Source: Opitutales bacterium (GTDB lineage: Bacteria > Verrucomicrobiota > Verrucomicrobiia > Opitutales > PNEW01). From it: DNA of 64,000 bases. The notes beneath the pieces are model-generated. The model searched no databases. It was not told the origin of the DNA and was given only the letters and a program-made list of their open reading frames with translations. Both the position numbers and the translations under genes were made by a program. This document shows positions 9,780 to 20,362 of the stretch, piece after piece; positions within the stretch are counted from its first letter, which is position 1; each line of letters starts with the position of its first letter. The DNA lies in the NCBI GenBank assembly GCA_965197745.1, contig CBDANS010000006.1, positions 1,453,834 to 1,517,833 of the forward strand, in the 5' to 3' direction.

Positions 9780-10325
9780 TTAATGGGTCATTCCTTCCAC
9801 ATGGATGGTAACTGTTAATTCAGGATCAACTTTCAGGACTAAAACTTTAACGATCGGCAAGTCCCAATCAAGGTGGTCAATTATCGTGCTCCCATCAATT
9901 GTCCATTGGGGCCCCTCAGTATGAACATTAATGGGAAAAGATATATCTTTTTCTATGCCATGAAGCGTTAACTTGCCTTCCGCAATGATTTTTTCTCCCA
10001 GTTCGTGGATTTTTGCTAAAACGAAAGTAGCGGTTGGAAATTTATGGTGCTCCTCCCATTTGAGCATAGCCTTGTCCCGGGCTTTCTTGCCTGTTTTAAG
10101 ATCCTCAAAGTCGAAACTGAATTCCGTGTTTAGAATTTTTGCACTTTCAGTGTCGACCATGATTTTTAAATCATAATTTTCTAAACTGGCTACAAATGAA
10201 TGAGCGGTAACATTAACTGCGACTTCCACCTTAGAATTCGCTTTTTCAATTTGCAACAGTTGCTCTTCGCCATAAAGCGAGAACACGGTGGTAAAAAGAG
10301 TAATGATACCTATTAACTTTTTCAT
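9780..10325 (-). CDS. YceI family periplasmic protein
   Basis: Signal peptide; LKTG.KARDKAM, FPTATF, GKLTLHGIEK. Confidence 0.85.
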   Translation of the reverse strand: MKKLIGIITLFTTVFSLYGEEQLLQIEKANSKVEVAVNVTAHSFVASLENYDLKIMVDTESAKILNTEFSFDFEDLKTGKKARDKAMLKWEEHHKFPTATFVLAKIHELGEKIIAEGKLTLHGIEKDISFPINVHTEGPQWTIDGSTIIDHLDWDLPIVKVLVLKVDPELTVTIHVEGMTH

Positions 10326-10503
10326 AAGTATTATCGTAAATCAGTTCAACTAATTGCTAATAATACAGCACTTGCTGGCTAATTGACGAAATTGGCGTAA
10401 AATTCATTATTATCTTAATAGCTTTAAATAGAAATTCATTGACCCAATCTAATCGATTCCTGTCTAATCGCTAGCTCAATTTCGCATTTCAAAAACATGA
10501 TAC

Positions 10504-12177
10504 ATGTCTAATAATCTGAGTGCATTATCTTTTCGGAAGGGACTGGAAAAGAATCTTTTCGAGAAAATGGTTGAGTCCTCCGAAAAAACCGGAACGGCGG
10601 TCTCCGACAATCTCAAAGATCTTGCTGATGAGTATTTGATGGGTGATGCGATAATGCTGGGCTCGGTCTCCTTTTACGATTTCCTGAAAAAGGAAAACGC
10701 GGGAAAAAAAGCATTCGTTTGTAATGGAACCGCCTGTATGACCGCGGGGACCCAGGATCAATTGACGGAGGATTTGAAGAAACATTTTAAGGAGGACGAA
10801 GTCGGTGAAATCTGTTGCTTGGGCCGTTGTCATGAAAATCGATCTTTTCAATACAAAGGAGTAAATTATTCCGGTAAAAGTGATGCGGATATAGACCGTA
10901 TCATTGATGGAAACAAGGTGCCGTCACCGGACGAGTATCATGTGGGGTCCCGATTCGATACCCCCCTATTGCTGGCCGCATTTCCGGGGGTGGATGAATA
11001 TTACAACCTGTTTAAAAAATTATTGGAGCGCGACCCCGTGTCACTTCTCGATGAGTTGAAAACTTCCAAGTTGCGGGGACGAGGGGGCGCAGGTTTCCCC
11101 GCGGGGATTAAATGGGATTCCTGTCGCCAGGCGAAAGGAGAACCGAAGTATATTGTTTGCAACGCTGACGAAGGTGATCCCGGTGCTTACATCGATCGGT
11201 ATCTCATGGAAAAACAACCGCATTCAGTTTTATTTGGGATGATAGTGGCAGGTTATCTCGCAGGATCCAATGTCGGCATTCTTTACATAAGAGCGGAATA
11301 CCCGGATTCAATTTCAATTATTGAGCAGTCTATAAAAGAACTGCAGGATAAAGCTTTGGTCGGAGAGAAAATATTAGGCAGTGATTTCTCGTTCCGCTTT
11401 AAGATAATAAAAGGCGCGGGCGCTTATATCTGTGGCGAAGAAACCGCGCTCCTTGCTTCCATTGAAGGGCGACGACCGGAAGTGGGAGTTCGCCCTCCAT
11501 TTCCCACGGAACAAGGTCTTTTTGGAAAACCAACGATCGTCAATAATGTAGAAACCTTTTCCTGCATCCACTCTGTGTTTGCTCTCGGCGGTGAAGCTTT
11601 TTCGAAAATTGGAACGGAAGCATCGACCGGCCCCAAGCTCGTGTCGCTCGATGGTAAATTTAAAAAGCCCGGCCTCTACGAAGTGGAAATGGGAACACCA
11701 TTTACGGTTGTTATTGATGAGATGGGCGGCGGTTTTCGTGTTCCGGTCAAAGCGGTTCAGGTAGGTGGCCCATTAGGGGGTATCGTTCCGGTTGAAAATT
11801 TTCAAGACCTCACCCTTGATTTTGAATCCTTTAAAGACAACGGATTTTTATTAGGTCATGGCAGTATCGTTTGCATTCCCGAGTCATTTCCCATGCTTCA
11901 ATTTATCGAACACCTCTTTGAATTTACCGCGGCCGAATCTTGCGGAAAATGTTTTCCTTGTCGTTTAGGCTCAGTTAGAGGGCAGGAAATGGCGGAAAAG
12001 GCGCGTAAAGAGGATTATAAAATTGACCCGGAACTGATAATGGATTTATTGGATACGATGGAGCTAACTTCACTGTGTGCTCTGGGTGGAGGTGTTCCCC
12101 TGCCGATAAAAAACGCGCTTCACTATTTTGAAAAAGAGTTAAGGCCCCATTTAAAAACCCAAACAGTGGTGTCATGA
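10504..12177 (+). CDS. NADH-binding flavoprotein subunit (NuoF/FdsB-like) with fused NuoE-like 2Fe-2S domain; partner of the formate dehydrogenase
   Basis: CNGTAC...CLGRC; LRGRGGAGFP, CNADEGDPG, GAGAYICGEETAL, ESCGKCFPCRLG, SLCALG. Confidence 0.9.
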   Translation: MSNNLSALSFRKGLEKNLFEKMVESSEKTGTAVSDNLKDLADEYLMGDAIMLGSVSFYDFLKKENAGKKAFVCNGTACMTAGTQDQLTEDLKKHFKEDEVGEICCLGRCHENRSFQYKGVNYSGKSDADIDRIIDGNKVPSPDEYHVGSRFDTPLLLAAFPGVDEYYNLFKKLLERDPVSLLDELKTSKLRGRGGAGFPAGIKWDSCRQAKGEPKYIVCNADEGDPGAYIDRYLMEKQPHSVLFGMIVAGYLAGSNVGILYIRAEYPDSISIIEQSIKELQDKALVGEKILGSDFSFRFKIIKGAGAYICGEETALLASIEGRRPEVGVRPPFPTEQGLFGKPTIVNNVETFSCIHSVFALGGEAFSKIGTEASTGPKLVSLDGKFKKPGLYEVEMGTPFTVVIDEMGGGFRVPVKAVQVGGPLGGIVPVENFQDLTLDFESFKDNGFLLGHGSIVCIPESFPMLQFIEHLFEFTAAESCGKCFPCRLGSVRGQEMAEKARKEDYKIDPELIMDLLDTMELTSLCALGGGVPLPIKNALHYFEKELRPHLKTQTVVS

Positions 12178-14984
12178 TCAAATCGGTCGAAAAATCTCAA
12201 ATGGTATATATCGATGACCAGCCTCATGAAATTGAGGAAGGTGATACAATTTTATCACTCATCGATCGCCATAACGGGCGGGGGTTTGTCCCAACCCTTT
12301 GTGATGCTCCTCAATTAGAACCCTATGGCGCCTGCCGCGTATGTTCTGTAGAAATCGCACAATCGGCCGATGGGCCAAGGCGTGTCGTTGCAGCCTGTCA
12401 TACCCCGTTAACGGCAGGTCTTCATATTTTCCCGGAAACAAAAAATATTCAAAGATTACGAAGGAACATCATTGAACTGGTTCTCACCGATCACCCCCTG
12501 GATTGCCTGACATGTGAGGTAAACGGCAATTGTGAACTACAGACAGTTGCCGCTAAAGTGGGCGTTCGCGATGTGCGCTATCCGGAGGGTAAAAACCATC
12601 TGGACCGGAAGAAAGATTTAAGTCATCCCTACATGACTTCGGACCTCTCCAAATGTATTAATTGCAATCGCTGTGTTCGAGCGTGTGATGAAGTTCAAGG
12701 CCAGTTCGTGCTCAGTATGCATGGCCGCGGTTTTGATAGCAGAATCATCAAAGGATTGGATTCTACATTTGAAGACTCGGACTGCGTATCGTGTGGGGCC
12801 TGCGCCCAAGCCTGTCCCACTTCGGCCATCTCCGATGTTTTTCAGTCCAAATCGATTGAAGCATCAGCGAAAACGCGAACAGTCTGCACCTATTGCGGGG
12901 TGGGGTGCAACCTGGATGTAGCAGTCAAAAATAACGAAGTTCATTCCATCCAGGCTCCGATTGACGCGGAAGTTAATCATGCGCACACATGCTTGAAAGG
13001 AAGATATGCGTTTAAATTTTATAATCATCCGGACCGTTTGAGAAATCCCCTCATAAAGCGCGATGGTAAATTTGAAGAAGCGTCGTGGGATGAAGCTTAT
13101 GATACAATTGTTAATCGTTTCAAAGAAATTCGAGCCCGTTCGGGACCGGATGCGATAGCCGGCATTTCATCGGCGCGTTGCACAAATGAAGAAAACTACC
13201 TGATGCAGAAATTTATTCGTGCGGTGATTGGCACGAATAATATCGATTGCTGCGCCCGTGTCTGCCACGCCCCGACAGCCTGGGGGATGCAACAGAGTTT
13301 TGGTACCGGGGCGGCGACAAACTCGACTAATGATTTAGAGAAAACAGATTTAATTCTCCTCATTGGAGCCAACCCCACGCAGGGCCACCCCGTCACGGGC
13401 GCGAGAATTAAACAAAGGGTGATGAAGGGAGTTCCGATGATTGTCATCGATCCGCGTAAGATCGAACTGGTTCCCTATGCTAAGTACCACCTGCAACTGC
13501 GCCCGGGTACAAACATTGCCATGCTCAATATGTTTGCTTACTTCATTATCGAAACGGGCAACGTTGATGAAGAATTTGTCAAAGAGCGCTGTGAGGACTT
13601 TGAAACATTTCGCGAGAATATAAAAAAGCTCGATATCGACGAAATGGAACGTGTGACCGGAGTCGATCGCGAGCTCGTAAAGAAAGCGGCCATCGCCTAT
13701 GCTTCAACCCCACGTGCCATGAGTTTTCACGGGCTGGGTGTCACCGAGCATTCCCAGGGAAGTAAAACTGTAATGCTCATTTCAAACATCGCGATGATGA
13801 CCGGCAATATCGGACGTGAAGGAGTAGGGGTCAATCCCCTGCGGGGTCAGAATAATGTCCAGGGTGCCGCTGATATGGGAGTGCAGCCTCACCAGGGAGC
13901 TGGCTACCTCAATGTAACGCTACCGGAAATCCACGAGCAATATGAGAAGGCCTATGGAGCCAATCTTTCGAACAAGATAGGTTACAAGATTCCCCAGATG
14001 TTTGAAGCGGCAGTGGATAAAGATCTAAAAGCGCTCTGGATAATTGGCGAAGATGTCGTTCAGACTGATCCCAATTCCGCGGAAGTGCGTAAAGCCATGG
14101 AGAGCCTGGAATTTCTCGTCGTCCAGGAAATTTTCATGACAGAAACCGCCCATTATGCGGATGTCATATTACCGGCTACCTCATTTCTTGAAAAAAGCGG
14201 AACCTTTACTAATGCCGAGCGCCGTGTTCAGCGCGTCAACCGGGTAGTAGAACCTCTCGAGGGGACCAGGCCTGACGGTCAGATTGTCGTCGATATTATG
14301 AATAGGATGGGCTATGAACAAAAGGGTTACAGTCCTGACATTATTCTCGAAGAAATCGCACAAGTCGTTCCTTTTTTCAAAGGAATCCGATGGGATGAAC
14401 TCGGTAAAAACGGCAAGCAGTGGCCGGTTGCTGAAGATGGCACTGACACAAAAATCATGCACCGGGACACATTTAAAAGAGGCAAAGGCAAGTTTCACTA
14501 TTTCGATTGGACTGAGACAAAAGAAATGCAAGACAATCGCAATGAATACCCCTTTATTTTAACTACGGGTCGGGTTTTGGAACATTACAATTGCGGCACT
14601 ATGACGAGACGCACGGGCAATAAGGAAATTGTGAGTGAAGATATGCTCGCGATTAATCCGAAAGACGCGGCAAACAAAGGGATTGAATCTGGAGATAAGG
14701 TGCGAATCTTTTCCGCGCGCGGTGAAGTGCAGCTTGACGCCATAGTTTCCGATGAAGTTAAACCGGGTATCCTTTATACCACATTTCATTTTCCGGAGCA
14801 CATGGTTAATCAGGTAACGAGTGAGGAAAAAGATGAGGAGAGTCTGTGTCCCGAGTATAAAGTTTCCGCAGTTGATTTCGAAAAAGTATCACCTTCTGAG
14901 AACAAGGTTAAGGAAACTAAAGAATCAGTCAGTTCAGGCAGGAAAAGAAAACCTGTTCCGGTTGCCGGTGGGGGTTCAAGCTAG
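12174..14984 (+). CDS. fdhF: Formate dehydrogenase alpha subunit (FdhF/FdsA type, Cys ligand)
   Basis: N-terminal Fe-S motifs (HPLDCLTC, CINCNRC, CVSCGACAQAC), CTYCGVGC, NNIDCCARVCH, PLRGQNNVQG; ATGA overlap with the upstream gene. Confidence 0.93.
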   Translation: MIKSVEKSQMVYIDDQPHEIEEGDTILSLIDRHNGRGFVPTLCDAPQLEPYGACRVCSVEIAQSADGPRRVVAACHTPLTAGLHIFPETKNIQRLRRNIIELVLTDHPLDCLTCEVNGNCELQTVAAKVGVRDVRYPEGKNHLDRKKDLSHPYMTSDLSKCINCNRCVRACDEVQGQFVLSMHGRGFDSRIIKGLDSTFEDSDCVSCGACAQACPTSAISDVFQSKSIEASAKTRTVCTYCGVGCNLDVAVKNNEVHSIQAPIDAEVNHAHTCLKGRYAFKFYNHPDRLRNPLIKRDGKFEEASWDEAYDTIVNRFKEIRARSGPDAIAGISSARCTNEENYLMQKFIRAVIGTNNIDCCARVCHAPTAWGMQQSFGTGAATNSTNDLEKTDLILLIGANPTQGHPVTGARIKQRVMKGVPMIVIDPRKIELVPYAKYHLQLRPGTNIAMLNMFAYFIIETGNVDEEFVKERCEDFETFRENIKKLDIDEMERVTGVDRELVKKAAIAYASTPRAMSFHGLGVTEHSQGSKTVMLISNIAMMTGNIGREGVGVNPLRGQNNVQGAADMGVQPHQGAGYLNVTLPEIHEQYEKAYGANLSNKIGYKIPQMFEAAVDKDLKALWIIGEDVVQTDPNSAEVRKAMESLEFLVVQEIFMTETAHYADVILPATSFLEKSGTFTNAERRVQRVNRVVEPLEGTRPDGQIVVDIMNRMGYEQKGYSPDIILEEIAQVVPFFKGIRWDELGKNGKQWPVAEDGTDTKIMHRDTFKRGKGKFHYFDWTETKEMQDNRNEYPFILTTGRVLEHYNCGTMTRRTGNKEIVSEDMLAINPKDAANKGIESGDKVRIFSARGEVQLDAIVSDEVKPGILYTTFHFPEHMVNQVTSEEKDEESLCPEYKVSAVDFEKVSPSENKVKETKESVSSGRKRKPVPVAGGGSS

Positions 14985-15037
14985 ACCGCGGATTACGCTG
15001 ATGAGTTAAACCGCGGATTACGCGGATTAAGCGGATT
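14985..15037. repeat. Degenerate 9-bp-period repeat (CGCGGATTA)
   Basis: accgcggattacgctgat...accgcggattacgcggattaagcggatt immediately after the FDH stop codon. Confidence 0.7.
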
Positions 15038-15260
15038 GTTGCCTTGGTGATATTCATATGTTGATGCGTTGATGGATGTCGGGCTTCGCTGTCGGTACAG
15101 ACTTCACCCCAATTATTTCATTACGGCCACGATCTGCCTTCGTCCAGTCCCGCAGTCGCGGGAGGGCTACGGCATGACAGGCATCGCGTGGCCTCCGGAA
15201 ATGTGCAATTATCTTCGTCTGCGTCTGCTTCTTCGTCTTGAATTGAATTAAGATAAAGCA

Positions 15261-15339
15261 GCGTGCTGGGACAGCCCGCTCCACCTCATAAATATTAACT
15301 GAGATAAAAATGTGGAACGCGGACAAGCAGCCCGCTCTA
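15261..15339. repeat. Inverted pair of GTGG-type REP-like palindromes
   Basis: gcgtgctgggacagcccgctccacc and tgtggaacgcggacaagcagcccgctcta; same family as 6021-6100. Confidence 0.6.
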
Positions 15340-15342
15340 ACT

Positions 15343-17760
15343 TTAACTCAGATTCTTATCGCCCGTTTTCCTGATAATAGAAGGGGAAAACTTATCCGCC
15401 GCATATTTATCTTCGTAATAACCGACTTTGGCATTTTCATTCAGCTTGACTTGCCAATTCCGCTCCAGTTTTTCGTCAAATTTCACGGTTACACGCAAAA
15501 CATGTATCTCCATCATTTCACAGCTGCAATTTTCAAAAGATAACGGCGCGATATCATCTTCGAGGTAAAAATAGAGAGCGTGTTCAGTGTGTGGCGGGCC
15601 TGCCGTTCTACCTGTAATTACCCGATCTTGTAAATCATATCGCCACTCCTCGACGGCAAATGCACCGGTTATGTGGCGGTCCGATCCGATGAGTGTAACT
15701 TCCTTTTGCTTCTCGGTTGCGAATACCACCTGACAGGTAAAAGGGGGAAGCGAGACGGCATATTCATCATTGAGTGTTCCGAGGAACCTTTTGTCCCAGA
15801 AGTCGAATAAGAAAAAGGCCCCCTTACTTTCAACCACCTCGTTCTGTTTGAACGATACTCTGATTTGTTCATCCTTATTCCAGTTAAACAAGCCAACGAC
15901 AGTGTGGCCACCATCTCCAGATTGAGAGACCGGGAGCACCCATATACTGAGAGGATTTTTTTCGGCCATCAAGTCGAGCGGGTAAGCACGACCCGGATAG
16001 ACAGGCAGAGCGCGGGTATAAAGATAAAACCGTTCGTCGGATGTTCTCTCCAACGCACCTCCCACGAAAAAACACCAACAGTTGATGCTGTAGAGCGAGA
16101 TCAACGCTTTCGCTTTCTCAAAGGGGGTAATTATCTTTTGCGAGAGAGGAATCTTTGAATCCCAGAAAAAAGGTCTTTCCGCGATGTCGATAAATTCAGG
16201 GTCTAAATGAAACCATTTTCCATGATAGAAGTAACGCTGGGCCATTTGATGGAGCAGAATCGTTTCCATACTGCCACGAAAGTCCTGAGCGGCGCGCGAA
16301 CTATCGACGATCCCAATCGTTTGCGTGGGATGGGTGCTTGAGATAAAAATATCGGGCCCTACTAGCTCTCTTATGCGCTGAATTCTGTTCCGGTAAGCTT
16401 CGATTAAAGTAATATCAGTTTGATAATTTTGCGATCCACCTCCGATAAAGAGATAGTCGAAACCCCAGTCATCAGTATACTTTTTTTTAATCCATTTGGC
16501 CGCCGCTTCGTCCCATTCACGCTTACCCCCCTTTATATGCTGGAACTCTACAAAGTGAAAGCCAGCTTGGAAACCACGCTTGTGAATCTCTTCATTAAAA
16601 CTTTTGATGCCTTCTGGAAAATAATCATCCAGTTTGAATCCCTCGGCCAGGCCTTGATAGTCAGAACGAGAAGCATCAATCTTTTTTAGAACTTCATCGG
16701 GAATAGTTGATCGCCAGTCGAAATCGTCGGGGGCGACTTCATTAGCCTCGCCTACCGCAAGCGTATACATAATGGTGGTCAGGCCGTATTTCTGTAGATG
16801 TTTCTGAAGTATATCCATATTGGCGGTTAATCGCTTACTGGTCACATATTCAGGATTAATATTGCGGAATGACGGATCGCAGGCGTAGTCGCCCCATAGG
16901 CCGGCAGGGGGATCGTAGCGTAACTTTATTTCAAGATAATCGCGGACATAATCCGCGTGTTTATCCAGCGCGTTATGGATAGAGATTGAGTTAGCAAATG
17001 AAAACCTGCAATCGATGGATCGACCTGCTCCCAGGAAGAGTGGATGGATAGGGATAATTTCCGCATTCGGGTTGGCCGCTACTACGCCACCGGGCCCAAT
17101 CCACGGATAATTATTTTTAGTCTCCTGCAGAGCCGACGCATAGAGTTTAACCCGGGAATTATCGCGGGAAAAAACATAGCGATAAAAAGCTTTGGGAGCG
17201 GCTCCCATGCCAATAACAAAATTTATGTTTCTGGCGGGATTATTTATTGCCGTAGACCAGTAAGCTTCAATTTGCGAACCGCTGTTAAGCCCCGTTGTTA
17301 CCTCTTCGAGGAATCTCGAATACCAGAGAAATCCTCCCATGTTCGGGCTGCAGTTTAAGACACGACACTTTTCTTTTTCGTCCCAGTCCTCGAATAGTGT
17401 TCCATCAATAGCGAATATGTCTTCGACCTTGAGGGTGTCGGAACCATTGTTTGTCACTGATAATGCAACGGCCCTGGTGGGGGCGTTTTCATAACAGTAA
17501 AGTTGCCAGATAAACGACAGTTTATGCGCATCGTTGACAAACTCAGCAATGACGCATTCACCGGACCCGGCTGTATCGGAAAAAGGCTTCTTTTCTGATT
17601 GAATTAATTTCCCAAAAATCTTTTCCCCGCCCACGAGATGGGCGCCTACTCGACTTTCTTTGATCGTAATCCCGTCCGCCGTATCCAGGGTCCACGTATC
17701 AGTTGTCGTATCAAAGTTAATTTCTTCCTTATTAACTAAAGTGAATTTATTCTCTTTCAT
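15343..17760 (-). CDS. Alpha-galactosidase-like (GH27/GH36 clan D) protein with atypical active site
   Basis: YFPEGIK....IHKRGFQAG, WGFDYL, R.AQD, YFYHGKWFHLDPE, C-terminal beta domain VVGLFNW...FDFW...LPP. Confidence 0.6.
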   Translation of the reverse strand: MKENKFTLVNKEEINFDTTTDTWTLDTADGITIKESRVGAHLVGGEKIFGKLIQSEKKPFSDTAGSGECVIAEFVNDAHKLSFIWQLYCYENAPTRAVALSVTNNGSDTLKVEDIFAIDGTLFEDWDEKEKCRVLNCSPNMGGFLWYSRFLEEVTTGLNSGSQIEAYWSTAINNPARNINFVIGMGAAPKAFYRYVFSRDNSRVKLYASALQETKNNYPWIGPGGVVAANPNAEIIPIHPLFLGAGRSIDCRFSFANSISIHNALDKHADYVRDYLEIKLRYDPPAGLWGDYACDPSFRNINPEYVTSKRLTANMDILQKHLQKYGLTTIMYTLAVGEANEVAPDDFDWRSTIPDEVLKKIDASRSDYQGLAEGFKLDDYFPEGIKSFNEEIHKRGFQAGFHFVEFQHIKGGKREWDEAAAKWIKKKYTDDWGFDYLFIGGGSQNYQTDITLIEAYRNRIQRIRELVGPDIFISSTHPTQTIGIVDSSRAAQDFRGSMETILLHQMAQRYFYHGKWFHLDPEFIDIAERPFFWDSKIPLSQKIITPFEKAKALISLYSINCWCFFVGGALERTSDERFYLYTRALPVYPGRAYPLDLMAEKNPLSIWVLPVSQSGDGGHTVVGLFNWNKDEQIRVSFKQNEVVESKGAFFLFDFWDKRFLGTLNDEYAVSLPPFTCQVVFATEKQKEVTLIGSDRHITGAFAVEEWRYDLQDRVITGRTAGPPHTEHALYFYLEDDIAPLSFENCSCEMMEIHVLRVTVKFDEKLERNWQVKLNENAKVGYYEDKYAADKFSPSIIRKTGDKNLS

Positions 17761-18032
17761 GATTCCCTATATGCTAAATTATGTCATTTGTGGATGCCAT
17801 TCCTAGTATTACGCTGCGTGGTTATAATAGAGTATGCTACGAAAAGTTATCACCGCAATCTCTTAAATGCTGGGAAAGTGTGAGACTGGAAAGATGCTGG
17901 TTGTTTAAATTGTAGATTTTTCGATCCGCCGCCACCTCGTAGCGGCAGGACTGTAGCGTGAGAGTTTTACGATATGGTGAATAATAATATAGTAATCACA
18001 CGCGCTAAGAGAGCCCAAATATCGATTTTCCT

Positions 18033-18141
18033 TTTGTCATCGCGAAGGAGGTGATGCCGACTGTGGCGATCCAGGGGAATGTCTGTAGCGTAACGCCGGC
18101 CCCCTGGATTGCTTCGTCGCGCTACTCCTCGCAATGACAAA
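18033..18141. repeat. Palindromic element TGTCATYGCGA...TCGCAATGACA
   Basis: Terminal inverted repeats with internal GGCGATCCAG/CTGGATTGCT arms; shorter copy at 47029-47086. Confidence 0.75.
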
Positions 18142-18148
18142 TTGGAAT

Positions 18149-19096
18149 TCAATCTAAGCGGGATAGCTGCTCCAATTTTGCCAATACGGTCTGAATATTA
18201 TTTCGCAGCTCGTCGGCTGAACCTGGGGTGTAATCATAAAATCCTTTACCCGTTTTCACACCCAACTCCCCGCGAGCGACTTTATCCTTAAGCAATGAAG
18301 ACAGCTCCGTAGAGGAATCAATTTCCGGTAAGAGGTTGGATGTCACCGCCGAGAGGACGTCCCATCCTCCGAAGTCCAAAATCGTAAAAATACCGGCCGC
18401 AGCCCAGCGACGGCCAAGGCTGTTTTTTATGACGGTGTCAACATCCTCCGGGCTTGCTATACCACGCTCAACAATGGAAAGACTTTCGCGTAATAGCGCT
18501 ACCTGCAGACGATTCACAATAAAGCCGGGTGTTTCCTTCTGCAGTATCACGGGCCGCTTTCCCAGCTTAAACAATAAATCATAAATGGTGTTTACGGTAT
18601 CATCCGATGTTTCACTATGGCGGACAATTTCGACGAGAGGGATGAGATAAGGAGGATTGAGATAATGAACAACCAGAACTTTGTCCGGTCGATGTGTCGC
18701 GGATGCGAGCTTACTTGGTAGCAGGGTAGATGTGTTGCTTCCTAATAGCGTGTGGGCCGGGCATAATTTATCAAGTTCTCCAAAAATCTTCTGTTTTAAC
18801 TCCAGGTTTTCGGTAACCGCTTCGATTACAAAATCGGCTTCAGAGACACAATCTTCTAACGCGGTGCTAACCTGAATATTGTTCAAGACGGGAGATGCCT
18901 GTTCTTCCGTTACCATTTCAAGTTGGGTAAGTCTTATTAAGTTTGCCCTAATATTTTCAATTGCCTGATGAAGCGCTTCGTCATTCAGATCATGCAAGCT
19001 GACCTGGTAACCTCCTAACGCGAATTCCTGAGCAAGCCCATGCCCCATTAATCCCGCACCGATTACGGCGATTTTTGTGATTCCATCTTCACTCAT
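18149..19096 (-). CDS. 3-hydroxyacyl-CoA dehydrogenase family protein
   Basis: IAVIGAGLMGHG, VIEAVTENLELKQ, SNTS, HYLNPP, PGFIVNRLQ, LGVKTGKGFY. Confidence 0.92.
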   Translation of the reverse strand: MSEDGITKIAVIGAGLMGHGLAQEFALGGYQVSLHDLNDEALHQAIENIRANLIRLTQLEMVTEEQASPVLNNIQVSTALEDCVSEADFVIEAVTENLELKQKIFGELDKLCPAHTLLGSNTSTLLPSKLASATHRPDKVLVVHYLNPPYLIPLVEIVRHSETSDDTVNTIYDLLFKLGKRPVILQKETPGFIVNRLQVALLRESLSIVERGIASPEDVDTVIKNSLGRRWAAAGIFTILDFGGWDVLSAVTSNLLPEIDSSTELSSLLKDKVARGELGVKTGKGFYDYTPGSADELRNNIQTVLAKLEQLSRLD

Positions 19097-19263
19097 ATTT
19101 TTGTGATATAATTGTTTATTTCTATCTTACTCAAAAAAACATATTTGCGCAATTGATCGTTCATCATATTTCACATTATTATCCCCTGATAGTTGCCATG
19201 TCGATCCATTAACGGTTGACTCAAAAATAATAATGGCTTCTTTATCCGTTAGCCCAGAGAGCT

Positions 19264-20322
19264 ATGAGCACCACCCCGCATGAAGAGCGTATTCGGACGG
19301 TTTGTCTTCTTTTCCTCAGCGCTATCGGTATCGGTGTTGCCCTCTTCTTTTTAAAACCGGTCCTTATTCCTTTTGTCCTGGCGGTTTTCTTTACTTATTG
19401 TCTCTTACCGGTGATCGATATATTACGACACCGTCTTCGGGCGCCGCGTTCAGTGGCCATAATTGCAACATTTCTTTTTGGGTGCATTCTTCTCGCCTTG
19501 ATTGGCGTGTTAATTGCGGCGTCCGTAGGACAGATGTCCACCCATGCCGACATCTATCAAACACAATTCAAGCAACTCCTGGACAGGTTCATGGCGGCTC
19601 TTCCTCTGGATCAGTTTGGTGTTCAACCTGCAGACATCACGAGTACCCTTTTAGACAACCTTGAGAATGTTGTAGGGAGTGTTGTTGCCGGGACGATCAG
19701 CTCAATTATGAGCGTCCTTTCCAATGGTCTCCTGGTTTTGATCTTTCTACTCTTTCTCCTTTTAAGCAGAACAGCGAGTGATGAATCAGCACGGGGATTG
19801 CTCGGTGAGATCGAGGAGCGTATAAAACGTTTCATCATTACTAAAGTTCTTATCTCGGTGCTGACGGGCATACTAGTGGGGGTAATTCTCGCGATTCTTG
19901 GCGTTCCCTTCGCTTTTGTATTTGGGGTCCTCGCTTTTCTTTTCAATTTTATTCCCAGTATCGGATCAATAATCGCGACCCTTATGCCTCTCCCTGTTAT
20001 TCTGCTTAACCCCGAGCTCGCCATGCCCGCCAAAGTTCTGGCCATTGTCATACCAGGGGTGATTCAATTTTCGGTTGGTAATATTATTGAACCGAAATTT
20101 ATGGGCAGATCACTGGATCTGCACCCCATCGTCATACTCATGGCATTAATTTTCTTTGGAATGATCTGGGGAATTATCGGGATGTTCCTGGCGACGCCCA
20201 TTACCGCAGTAGTAAAAATTGTATTTGAAAAGATTGAGATCACTCGACCCGTGGCAGAATTACTTGCCGGGCGGATGAGCGCATTAATGGCTGAAACGGA
20301 TGATGCTGCTGCTACCACTTAA
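19264..20322 (+). CDS. AI-2E family transporter
   Basis: Multi-TM; LIPFVLA, FLFNFIPSIG, GNIIEPK.MG..LDLHP, WGIIGMFLATP. Confidence 0.9.
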   Translation: MSTTPHEERIRTVCLLFLSAIGIGVALFFLKPVLIPFVLAVFFTYCLLPVIDILRHRLRAPRSVAIIATFLFGCILLALIGVLIAASVGQMSTHADIYQTQFKQLLDRFMAALPLDQFGVQPADITSTLLDNLENVVGSVVAGTISSIMSVLSNGLLVLIFLLFLLLSRTASDESARGLLGEIEERIKRFIITKVLISVLTGILVGVILAILGVPFAFVFGVLAFLFNFIPSIGSIIATLMPLPVILLNPELAMPAKVLAIVIPGVIQFSVGNIIEPKFMGRSLDLHPIVILMALIFFGMIWGIIGMFLATPITAVVKIVFEKIEITRPVAELLAGRMSALMAETDDAAATT

Positions 20323-20362
20323 CGCTTGAAATGGAGTAAGCTTAATTTATGATTTATGTGAG

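Noticed and set aside
13255..13275. Selenocysteine in FDH
   Set aside because: The ligand codon is TGC (Cys) and there is no in-frame TGA.
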